Part shown: piece after piece, positions 14,728 to 21,518 of the stretch | How positions within the stretch are numbered: the first letter of the stretch is position 1 | Layout of the letters: every line of letters starts with the position of its first letter | Program-made: the position numbers and the translations under genes | DNA from: a virus | Length of the DNA: 45,829 bases | Virus record (IMG/VR): IMGVR_UViG_3300045988_073964 | Span: 1-45,829 of that record | Direction: 5' to 3' (one strand) | The notes under the pieces: generated by a model | What the model was told of the DNA's origin: nothing | What the model saw: only the letters and a program-made list of their open reading frames with translations | Database searches by the model: none

Positions 14728-15213
14728 ATGGCAGACGTATTTACATATAAGCAGGCAGAAGAATTCGTCGAACAGCTTGCTATCGCTCGTCGTTCCATTT
14801 CTGTTGCTGTTGATTCAGCTCGTTTACAGCAAAAAGCTGAACGCTTGGAGCTAGATTATAGGCTGCGTTACAAAGACCCCACGGCAAAATTAGTGATAAA
14901 CGATTTAACGCCGCTCGCCGTTGTGCGCTGCTTCCATGAAAATCAGCCGTTTATTGTTTACCAGCCTGAAAAATGGCTGAAGGTCATTCAAGAAGCGTTC
15001 AATCTTTTTCGCCAGCGATTCGGTGACGGGCCTTATATGATTATCAAGCATCGGTTTATACGCGGATGGTCGACAAAGCATATAATGGCCGTCGATGGCG
15101 TCTCGCTTCAAACATATTCGCTGCGGCGGCAGCAATTCCTTGCCGGACTTCTGGCGCTGGCTGCCCAGAACGGACTCATTAGAATTGACTCGTCGCTTCC
15201 AAAGGATAAATAA
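14728..15213 (+). CDS. Putative late-gene transcription regulator (sigma70 region-4-like / ArpU-RinA-like)
   Basis: It is the last gene of the early operon. C-terminal MIIKHRFIRGWSTKHIMAVDGVSLQTYSLRRQQFL looks like a region-4 HTH. Confidence 0.4.
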   Translation: MADVFTYKQAEEFVEQLAIARRSISVAVDSARLQQKAERLELDYRLRYKDPTAKLVINDLTPLAVVRCFHENQPFIVYQPEKWLKVIQEAFNLFRQRFGDGPYMIIKHRFIRGWSTKHIMAVDGVSLQTYSLRRQQFLAGLLALAAQNGLIRIDSSLPKDK

Positions 15214-15246
15214 AAAAGCCGGGGTTTCACCTCGGCTTTTTGTTTT
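15213..15246. terminator. Bidirectional terminator between the early operon and the inverted cassette
   Basis: A-run, then gccgggg/cctcggc stem, then T-run. Confidence 0.7.
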
Positions 15247-15255
15247 CGCTTCTCC

Positions 15256-15636
15256 TTAAAGTATCGGGCGGCTGTTTAACTCCGCTATTTTGTTTGCAAG
15301 CTCATCGCTCGCTATCCAGCGCCCCATCGGGGACTTTGCGTTTTTAACTTTCCTAACGGCATCAGCGACTAATTTATTATAAATCGCATCGGCCTGCCAA
15401 CGGTGCAACGGCGTGCGTTCTTTTAACGTGTTGCCGTTCCACTCAGCGGGCGGGTTCCAAAGCCGCTTGTAATTGTTCGGTAGCCCAATCCTTTGTTTTT
15501 TCCAGTAATTCAGCAGGGCAAGGCGAAAAACAACAATTTTCCAATTTAACAATTTGCGTCCGCGCTCATTGTTAAATTGAACATAAATTTTCTTTTGTTT
15601 TTTTATTTCGGCGTTCAAGCCGGAAAAGTTTTTCAT
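15256..15636 (-). CDS. Hypothetical basic protein (last gene of the inverted cassette)
   Basis: 126-aa ORF. No motif recognised. Confidence 0.6.
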   Translation of the reverse strand: MKNFSGLNAEIKKQKKIYVQFNNERGRKLLNWKIVVFRLALLNYWKKQRIGLPNNYKRLWNPPAEWNGNTLKERTPLHRWQADAIYNKLVADAVRKVKNAKSPMGRWIASDELANKIAELNSRPIL

Positions 15637-15656
15637 AATGTGCCTCCTTCAAGTTT

Positions 15657-15676
15657 AACCCGGCTTGCGCCGGGTT
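15657..15676. other. GC-rich hairpin aacccggc-ttgc-gccgggtt between cassette genes
   Basis: Read directly. The T-run follows only on the plus strand. Confidence 0.5.
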
Positions 15677-15685
15677 TTTCGCTTC

Positions 15686-15883
15686 TTACAGTTCGACCAC
15701 GTCCAGATATGCACGTTGCTGCTCTGAACCTTCGATGTAGGCACGGCAGCCTTGCGCGTCACGCTGATTCAGCACATCATCTTGGGTAAAGCCGTCGTAT
15801 TCGATAACCGGCAAGCCTGCGGCGTTGCTGAAAACGCTCGCGCCTTCCGGCAGCATGAAATAAACGCGGTCGCTCGCTTCGCT
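15686..15883 (-). other. In-frame continuation (65 codons) of the 15884..16195 ORF beyond its TAA
   Basis: 15883-15686+1 = 198 nt, in the same phase. It translates to SEASDRVYFMLPEGASVFSNAAGLPVIEYDGFTQDDVLNQRDAQGCRAYIEGSEQQRAYLDVVEL. There is no SD before the internal ATG at 15856. Confidence 0.5.
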
Positions 15884-16195
15884 TTAGGCAACGGGGGCGA
15901 TGGTGTAACTTTCGTTGTATCCGCGCTTCTGGTAGTCGCGCCAGCCGGGAATGAGAACGCGGGGCGCTTCTTCGTCGTAACCGATAGTTTCGTATTGGTC
16001 GGATTCTGCCAGATATACCATAATGGGGTAAAGCTTAACGGTTTCACCTTTGATAAGGTCGCCGCTTTCGGTGCAAGCGGTCGCTTCCCAATATTCGCCG
16101 TTCCAATCGCTTTCAAAAGCTGCGTAGCGGCGGCCGTCCTCGTCGGCTGCTACAAAAAGTGCGTTGTAAACGTTGTTTGTGATTTCCTTAAACAT
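15884..16195 (-). CDS. Acidic hypothetical protein (103 aa up to the TAA)
   Basis: AGGAG SD. 19 acidic against 9 basic residues, counted by hand. Confidence 0.6.
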   Translation of the reverse strand: MFKEITNNVYNALFVAADEDGRRYAAFESDWNGEYWEATACTESGDLIKGETVKLYPIMVYLAESDQYETIGYDEEAPRVLIPGWRDYQKRGYNESYTIAPVA

Positions 16196-16276
16196 AATGT
16201 AACTCCTAAAATTTCGCTTCTGCCGTTTATATTCGACGCTGGCGGCGGCATTCCTGCCAGCGTCAAGGGTTAATTC

Positions 16277-16432
16277 CTACAAAAGGCTGAATAGATGCAG
16301 CAAGCTTACGCTGTCCCAATAAACACACTGTTGGGCGTATGTTAGATTGTCAATGCCGCCTTTAGCGTGCCACAAGCAACGCAAGGCATTGGCAAGCTTT
16401 AAGTATTGATGTTTACGCTGCTTTTTCTTCAT
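16277..16432 (-). CDS. Small hypothetical protein (51 aa)
   Basis: ATGA overlap with the stop of 16429..16647. MKKKQRKHQYLKLANALRCLWHAKGGIDNLTYAQQCVYWDSVSLLHLFSLL. Confidence 0.35.
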   Translation of the reverse strand: MKKKQRKHQYLKLANALRCLWHAKGGIDNLTYAQQCVYWDSVSLLHLFSLL

Positions 16433-16647
16433 TTCGCTTCTATGCCCCTTTCGTCGCTGATTTCGTCCGGTGCTTCTTCTGCAATAAAAGCTTTCACCGC
16501 TTCCATATCTTCGCACCATTTGCCGTTTCCACAATAATATTGCGGGCCGCCGGGGTAAAGCTGCGTAAAGATTTTTACGTCTAGGCGCTTCCCGTGCTTC
16601 CACGCCGGGTGCTCGGGTGTCAATTTGTTTATAACGGCTATTTTCAT
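16429..16647 (-). CDS. Hypothetical protein (72 aa)
   Basis: ORF with an ATGA overlap to the upstream 59-aa gene. Confidence 0.6.
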   Translation of the reverse strand: MKIAVINKLTPEHPAWKHGKRLDVKIFTQLYPGGPQYYCGNGKWCEDMEAVKAFIAEEAPDEISDERGIEAK

Positions 16648-16823
16648 TTTTGGGGCTCCTTAATTTCTGCGGTCCATTCGTTCCGGCTTTTAAAGCCTGC
16701 GGCTTCCGCTACCATAGCGGCAATGATACGGCAAGTAATATCATGTTCCGCTTCATTCATCGCCGGTTGCTTCCGGTACGCTTCAATTTTCTGCAATAAA
16801 TTTAACGCTTCTTTACGTTCCAT
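16644..16823 (-). CDS. Hypothetical protein (59 aa, below the track threshold)
   Basis: AAGGAGG SD 8 nt before ATG 16823. MERKEALNLLQKIEAYRKQPAMNEAEHDITCRIIAAMVAEAAGFKSRNEWTAEIKEPQK. Confidence 0.55.
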   Translation of the reverse strand: MERKEALNLLQKIEAYRKQPAMNEAEHDITCRIIAAMVAEAAGFKSRNEWTAEIKEPQK

Positions 16824-16927
16824 TTTATATCCTCCTTTTAAATTTTCAAGGTTTATTGGCCTGCCTCGTCAGTACCCGGGCGGCCAGTCCCGGATATACG
16901 CCGCTTTGGCGGCGTTTCGGCTATTTA

Positions 16928-17872
16928 TTATTGCAGCAGCATTGTTTCCGGGCGGTATTTCAGAAATTCGCTGCCGTGCAGGTCGCGGATTTGGTCCATG
17001 GTCAAGGTTTTGCGGATTTTCTTCACCCACTCCCCGGCGTGCCAGTACCAGAGTTTTTTCTTGTTGGCCCATTTACAGCCAGCGGCCTTTAATGTGTCCT
17101 TGACGGCTTTTGTTTCGCCGCCTATCCATAACCAGCTACCACAAATTTCGATGTCAAGGCCTTGCAAGCCCATCAGCACGGCCAGAATCTCGGTAAATTC
17201 TGCTTGCTCTGCCAGAATTTCAGCGGCGGTTTTGTATGTGCCGTCCGCTTTTTTGTTGCGCTGCCACTCTTGGCGGCTCTCTGCTTCTGCAATTTCGGCG
17301 GCGCGTTTGTCGTGCGCTGCGGTCATTGCCTTAAAGTCGGCGGCCGTGCCGCCTTTGTCCGGGTGACATTGCATACAAGCTTTTTTAAACGCTTTCTTTA
17401 ACTCCTCTATAGTCTCGCAAGCTGCGAAAAGTTTTTGCCAGTCCATTTTTTTGTCCTCCTTTTTGGGTTCCGGGTTGTATTTTTGTTGTAGCTCCTCAAA
17501 TTTTTCTTTGGTGACGCGTGCCACGTATTGCACAAATTTTCTTGTGCTGTCCCACGTGTCATAGATAACGCCGCCAACAATTGCAACGGCGTGGCCAGCG
17601 GAAAACACGATGTAGTTAGCGTCCTTGTCACAGTGTTTGGAGTAGCTGTTGACGGTTTCGCGCTGGGCGGTCGTCATTGTAACACCCAGCTCGGACAACG
17701 CAACGCGGATATTAGCGATAGAGTTCCACGGTGCGCGGCTTTCGAATACTTTGGCTTCCAGCAAGCATTTAGCCTGCTGATAGGTTAACGGGGTTGCGGT
17801 GGAGATTGCTCTAATGATACAATCTCCGATGTTCTTTCCCTCGGGGTTAGCGTTGAATTTTTGATATGCCAT
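16928..17872 (-). CDS. Fusion protein: papain-like Cys/His peptidase-like domain, J domain (HPD), and a W-rich C-terminal domain
   Basis: NIGDCIIRAIS...SAGHAVAIVGGVIYDTWDS (Cys-His-Asp arrangement). KKAFKKACMQCHPDKGG (J-domain HPD). GSWLWIGGETKAVKDTLKAAGCKWANKKKLWYWH. Confidence 0.8.
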   Translation of the reverse strand: MAYQKFNANPEGKNIGDCIIRAISTATPLTYQQAKCLLEAKVFESRAPWNSIANIRVALSELGVTMTTAQRETVNSYSKHCDKDANYIVFSAGHAVAIVGGVIYDTWDSTRKFVQYVARVTKEKFEELQQKYNPEPKKEDKKMDWQKLFAACETIEELKKAFKKACMQCHPDKGGTAADFKAMTAAHDKRAAEIAEAESRQEWQRNKKADGTYKTAAEILAEQAEFTEILAVLMGLQGLDIEICGSWLWIGGETKAVKDTLKAAGCKWANKKKLWYWHAGEWVKKIRKTLTMDQIRDLHGSEFLKYRPETMLLQ

Positions 17873-17961
17873 AATAGATTACTCTCCTTTCAATCGCTGC
17901 GGCTAGGGCTTCGGACCTTCTGCCAGGCAGCTTTACGGCCCTTGATGGGCCGCCGTCAGCT

Positions 17962-18099
17962 TTAAAAAATCAGATATACGATGTTGGTCGCGTATTGGTA
18001 GATTTCTTGCTGTGTGTCGCTCATTGCCGGATAACGGTTCATGAGCTTTGCAACCTTCAGTAATTGTTTGATTCGCAGATTCTTAATTTTCATTTTCAT
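17962..18099 (-). CDS. Possible small protein (45 aa)
   Basis: AAGGAGAG SD. MKMKIKNLRIKQLLKVAKLMNRYPAMSDTQQEIYQYATNIVYLIF. Confidence 0.3.
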   Translation of the reverse strand: MKMKIKNLRIKQLLKVAKLMNRYPAMSDTQQEIYQYATNIVYLIF

Positions 18100-18105
18100 C
18101 TCTCC

Positions 18106-18219
18106 TTATAATGCTTTGATAACGTCCGTTAGATATTGCTCTAACGTGTAATTGGGGCTTGCGGCCTCGCAAATAAGGCTGCAAGCAATGTAGATGGTGA
18201 TGATGGTTAATTTAATCAT
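18106..18219 (-). CDS. Possible small hydrophobic protein (37 aa)
   Basis: SD 'aggagatg'. MIKLTIITIYIACSLICEAASPNYTLEQYLTDVIKAL. Confidence 0.3.
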   Translation of the reverse strand: MIKLTIITIYIACSLICEAASPNYTLEQYLTDVIKAL

Positions 18220-18233
18220 TGTTGCATCTCCTA

Positions 18234-18452
18234 TTAGTATTTTTGTACGCTTGCGCCGCCGTATTCATCTAGGACAATGCCATAAAAGTGACCTTTGATT
18301 TCCAACCTAATATTTTTGACGTGGCCCGGGAATTCCGGAAAGTCTACATTCATCAGGATTTCAATGTCTTTTCGGCACGGCTGAAAACCGTATTCGCGGA
18401 ACAATGCGAGTTGTACAGTTTTGATAATGCTTGCTTTTTCAATTTTGCTCAT
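18234..18452 (-). CDS. Hypothetical protein (72 aa), first gene of the inverted cassette
   Basis: AGGAGG SD 8 nt before ATG 18452. The upstream ATG at 18515 would lie upstream of the predicted -10 element. Confidence 0.6.
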   Translation of the reverse strand: MSKIEKASIIKTVQLALFREYGFQPCRKDIEILMNVDFPEFPGHVKNIRLEIKGHFYGIVLDEYGGASVQKY

Positions 18453-18503
18453 TTTGTTACCTCCTAAACTCTTTGCGAGTTGTTTTATTGCTTTGTTGTG
18501 TCT

Positions 18504-18532
18504 ATTGTAACTCATATTGGGTTACTTGTTAA
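18504..18532 (-). promoter_or_regulatory. Leftward promoter of the cassette operon
   Basis: On the minus strand: TTAACA, 17 nt, TACAAT. The spacer contains the box aactcatattgggt (18509..18522). Confidence 0.5.
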
Positions 18533-18566
18533 TACCCTAAATTAGTTATTTTTAATTTTTTTTGCG

Positions 18567-18595
18567 TTGCTAAAAACTCACATTGGGTATATAAT
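18567..18595 (+). promoter_or_regulatory. Rightward promoter of the Xre-type regulator
   Basis: TTGCTA, 17 nt, TATAAT. The spacer contains the box aactcacattgggt (18575..18588). Confidence 0.55.
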
Positions 18596-18623
18596 GTAGA
18601 TGAGTAATTCCGGAGGTGATTAT

Positions 18624-18878
18624 ATGATTAGTAACACAATCAAAGCTATGGCTGGTCTTGCTGGATTGTCACGACAGCAGATAGCGGATAGTTTAGGCCT
18701 TGCGCGTCCGCAGGCCGTAACCAACAAGCTGGGGCGCGATAGCTGGACGGCGCAGGATGTCAATAAGATAGCGGCGTTGGCAGGCTACAAGCTAGCGTTT
18801 GTCGATGACGCTGGACGCGCCGTGTTGACGTTCCCAGCGCCAGAGCAACCAGCGCAAGCGCAGGACAAACAACAATAA
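18624..18878 (+). CDS. Xre-family HTH regulator of the cassette
   Basis: GGAGGTG SD. LAGLSRQQIADSLGLARPQAVTNKLG is an HTH motif. Confidence 0.75.
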   Translation: MISNTIKAMAGLAGLSRQQIADSLGLARPQAVTNKLGRDSWTAQDVNKIAALAGYKLAFVDDAGRAVLTFPAPEQPAQAQDKQQ

Positions 18879-18889
18879 TATAATGATTT

Positions 18890-18930
18890 GACCATTGCAG
18901 GCAGATAAGGCCTTGCAATGGTCTTTTTTT
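18890..18930 (+). terminator. Rho-independent terminator
   Basis: gaccattgca/tgcaatggtc stem followed by T7. Confidence 0.8.
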
Positions 18931-19073
18931 ATTTGTCCATAGCGGCACGCTAACAGCCGCAAATTAACCTTATTTTATTGTTTACCAAAAAATCACAATT
19001 TATCATTGATACAGTGCGTTTTTCTGACAATTATAATTATATATAAGATAATCATTTCAATCATGATTCGGTG

Positions 19074-19106
19074 GACTTAATCATAATACAGATTAAGTCT
19101 TTTTTA
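19074..19106 (+). terminator. Second rho-independent terminator in the AT-rich spacer
   Basis: gacttaatc/gattaagtc stem followed by TTTTTT. Confidence 0.6.
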
Positions 19107-19225
19107 TTTTTCCCTTATTTATATTATTACATTTGTTTATTTATTATTTTATGGTTAATTCTTAAGATGTTATTATATTGTTATTATACTAATTATGATT
19201 ATTATATTAAATGTAGGTGATTGTA

Positions 19226-19603
19226 ATGTTTAAGCCAAAGGTATTGACAATGGAGAGAGAGGGCAAGCGCGGCAGAGGACGACCGCCAAAAGCTGCAAGC
19301 GATGGTGTTATGACTCTAGCAGAGTGTGCAGCCCTATTAAAGCAGCAAGGCGCTGCCGTTGCAATAATGGCCGTGCAGGACCTACAAGCTTATTGGTTAC
19401 GTATCATGCTGGACGACAAGAGCAGCAACAAGGACAAGTTGACGGCTAGCAAGCTGTATGCAGAGTCTATAGGGGCATTTGACAAGCAAGAGGATAGCAA
19501 TAAGCGTCCTGCCGTGTATGTCTGGGGCGCTAACACTGAGGACGCAGCAGAGGCAGAGATAGCAAACGATAGTTTGGATAATGACGATAAAGAGCAAACA
19601 TAA
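19226..19603 (+). CDS. terS: Putative terminase small subunit
   Basis: AGGTGA SD. GRGRPPK is a DNA-binding-like N-terminus. DKLTASKLYAESIGAFDKQED resembles the Terminase_2 'RLKA.ELLGK..G.F' motif. It lies upstream of terL. Confidence 0.55.
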   Translation: MFKPKVLTMEREGKRGRGRPPKAASDGVMTLAECAALLKQQGAAVAIMAVQDLQAYWLRIMLDDKSSNKDKLTASKLYAESIGAFDKQEDSNKRPAVYVWGANTEDAAEAEIANDSLDNDDKEQT

Positions 19604-19911
19604 ATAGAGCTTTTAACATAATCGTTATTATCGGACGTAAAATAGTTATGCTGTTGCGGCTGATGAGCTGGCTTGTTCAGCCTACCAGCAGAGATGAGCC
19701 ACTCACCACGGTTCTTGTTGGTTGGCGCTGCTGCTGCTTTTGTTCCTGCTGGCGTTGGCGTTTTCGTTCGTCGGCGTGGTGATTGTGTTGTTTTGGCGTT
19801 GCCTTCGTTTTTCTGGCGCTTGGGTGGGGGGTGGGTCCCCCATTCCTGACGAGCCTTCGGGGGCCCCACGGTCCAAAAATTACTAAACCGAAATTTTTCA
19901 AGGGGGTAATC
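19604..19911 (+). other. 308-bp non-coding spacer, G+T-rich on the plus strand, between terS and terL (candidate pac / structured RNA)
   Basis: No ORF with an SD. GGCG(T/C)(T/G) occurs at 19724, 19751, 19757, 19773, 19795 and 19815. G/C-run hairpin at 19824..19843 and ggggcccc palindrome at 19860..19867. Confidence 0.5.
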
Positions 19912-21273
19912 ATGGAATACGAAAAAATCATAATGCCATATTCTCCCTTCCCAATATGGAGGGACGTATTGCACAAAGAGCTAGACGCTCATAGATTTGC
20001 GGTAGTCGTTGCACACCGTCGTTTTGGTAAAACGATAGGCATGGTGAATCACTTGATTAAGGATGCACTAAGCAGCGATAGAATAGCTCCTATGTTCGCA
20101 ATAGTCGGCCCTTGGGCGGCGCAGATGGAAAAGGTTGCATGGGGACCGCTCAAATACTATTCACACGTAATTGACGGTGTGAAGGTGAATGAGACTAAGC
20201 ACTATGTAGAGTTTCCGTCGAAGATAGAGGGCGCTCAGGGTGCGAGGATATATGTTATCGGTGCAAACAATCCTGATAATGCGCGTGGTACTTATTGGGA
20301 CGGCGTGGTACTGGATGAGTTTAGTGACATGAAGCCTTTCATGTGGTCTGAGATTATCCGTCCTGCGATAACGAATAAGAACCGTAAAGGGTATTGTTAC
20401 TTTATCGGCACTCCTAAAGGGCAGAATGCTTTTTACGAGATGTATAAGAAAGCCTGCTCCGATGAGCGCTGGTTTGCGTATCTGTCGGATGTAAAGACTA
20501 GTGGCGTTATTGACGCGAAGGAAATAGAGGACCTGCAAAAGGATATGTCCGATGTAGAGTTCCGTCAAGAGTATATGTGTGACTTCGGCGTTAAGGCTAT
20601 CAATGAGCTGTTCAGCCTAGAGGAATTGGACGCTGCTTTTGACAGAGGTCTGAAGGAAGAGGACGTTCCTTGGGATATGCCCGTTATTCAAGGCGTGGAT
20701 ATTGCGCGTTACGGCGACGATAGAAGCACGATATGGAAGCGTAAGGGCCTTATGGTGTATGCGCGGCCTAGAGTTTATAAGCATCTAAATACCATGGAGA
20801 TGGCCGATAAGATAGCTCAGGCTATGGGAGATAACGATGCAGACATGACTTTTATAGATGCTGGCAACATGGGTGCTGGCGCGATTGATAGACTTAGACA
20901 AATGGGATATACGGCACTGAGAGAGATACCGTTTCAGGCTAAAGCGCTTGACCATGACAGGTACGAGAATATCAGAGCCGAGATGTATTTCAAACTTAAA
21001 GAGTGGATTGCTGCCGGTGGTGCGCTGCCGAACGAAGAAGGCCTGCGCGATGAACTGGCGATAGTGCAATATAAATTCAGCAAGACAGGGCGTTTGATGC
21101 TGACTCCTAAAGATGAGATTAAAGAAAAGCTCGGACGTTCTCCTGACCTTGCGGACGGCCTAGTCTTGACCTTTGCCAGAAAAGTACCGCTACGGCAAAG
21201 AATATCAGACGATGGCTTGAAACCAAAAATTCCTATGTGTAACACGGAGTATTCAGTGATGGAGGCGATTTAA
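19912..21273 (+). CDS. terL: Terminase large subunit
   Basis: Walker A-like AHRRFGKTIG. DEFSDM (Walker B). C-terminal nuclease-like GVDIARYGDD. SD 'aaggggg' before ATG 19912. Confidence 0.88.
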   Translation: MEYEKIIMPYSPFPIWRDVLHKELDAHRFAVVVAHRRFGKTIGMVNHLIKDALSSDRIAPMFAIVGPWAAQMEKVAWGPLKYYSHVIDGVKVNETKHYVEFPSKIEGAQGARIYVIGANNPDNARGTYWDGVVLDEFSDMKPFMWSEIIRPAITNKNRKGYCYFIGTPKGQNAFYEMYKKACSDERWFAYLSDVKTSGVIDAKEIEDLQKDMSDVEFRQEYMCDFGVKAINELFSLEELDAAFDRGLKEEDVPWDMPVIQGVDIARYGDDRSTIWKRKGLMVYARPRVYKHLNTMEMADKIAQAMGDNDADMTFIDAGNMGAGAIDRLRQMGYTALREIPFQAKALDHDRYENIRAEMYFKLKEWIAAGGALPNEEGLRDELAIVQYKFSKTGRLMLTPKDEIKEKLGRSPDLADGLVLTFARKVPLRQRISDDGLKPKIPMCNTEYSVMEAI

Positions 21274-21276
21274 AAA

Positions 21277-21504
21277 ATGGGCGCAGTAAAAAAAGTATTT
21301 AAAAGTGTTGGTAGCCTTTTCGGTATTGGTGGGCAGGATATGCCGACGGTAGAGAAGGCTGACCCTACGCCGACTAGCGCGAATAGCAGTGATGTGTCCG
21401 GCGATACTGGCTCGAACGGCACGAAAAAGAAGCGTCGCGGCTTTGCCAGCACACAGACTAGCTTGGCAAGCAGCGAGGGCGGTACGCGTAATACTCTTGG
21501 CTAA
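21277..21504 (+). CDS. Small Ser/Thr/Gly-rich hypothetical protein
   Basis: 75-aa ORF between terL and the portal gene. Confidence 0.55.
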   Translation: MGAVKKVFKSVGSLFGIGGQDMPTVEKADPTPTSANSSDVSGDTGSNGTKKKRRGFASTQTSLASSEGGTRNTLG

Positions 21505-21518
21505 GAGAGGTAACGGCT

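Noticed and set aside
15752-17103. Plus-strand ORFs 15752..16273 (173 aa) and 16594..17103 (169 aa) within the inverted cassette
   Set aside because: They are antisense to SD-preceded, translationally coupled minus-strand genes. Their Ala/Gly/Val/Phe-rich composition is typical of the reverse frame of GC-rich coding DNA.
19661-19853. Hammerhead-ribozyme-like cores CUGAUGAG (19661-19668) and CUGACGAG (19846-19853) in the terS-terL spacer
   Set aside because: Neither is followed by a stem II hairpin plus the GAAA element at the required spacing. I could not build stems I and III or a cleavage-site triplet, so the octamers are probably coincidental.
19783-19911. N-terminal extension of the terL ORF (track start 19783), plus the small Cys/Trp-rich or hydrophobic ORFs in the spacer
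   Set aside because: There is no SD, and the composition is driven by the G+T skew. A good SD (AAGGGGG) and a typical TerL N-terminus begin at ATG 19912.
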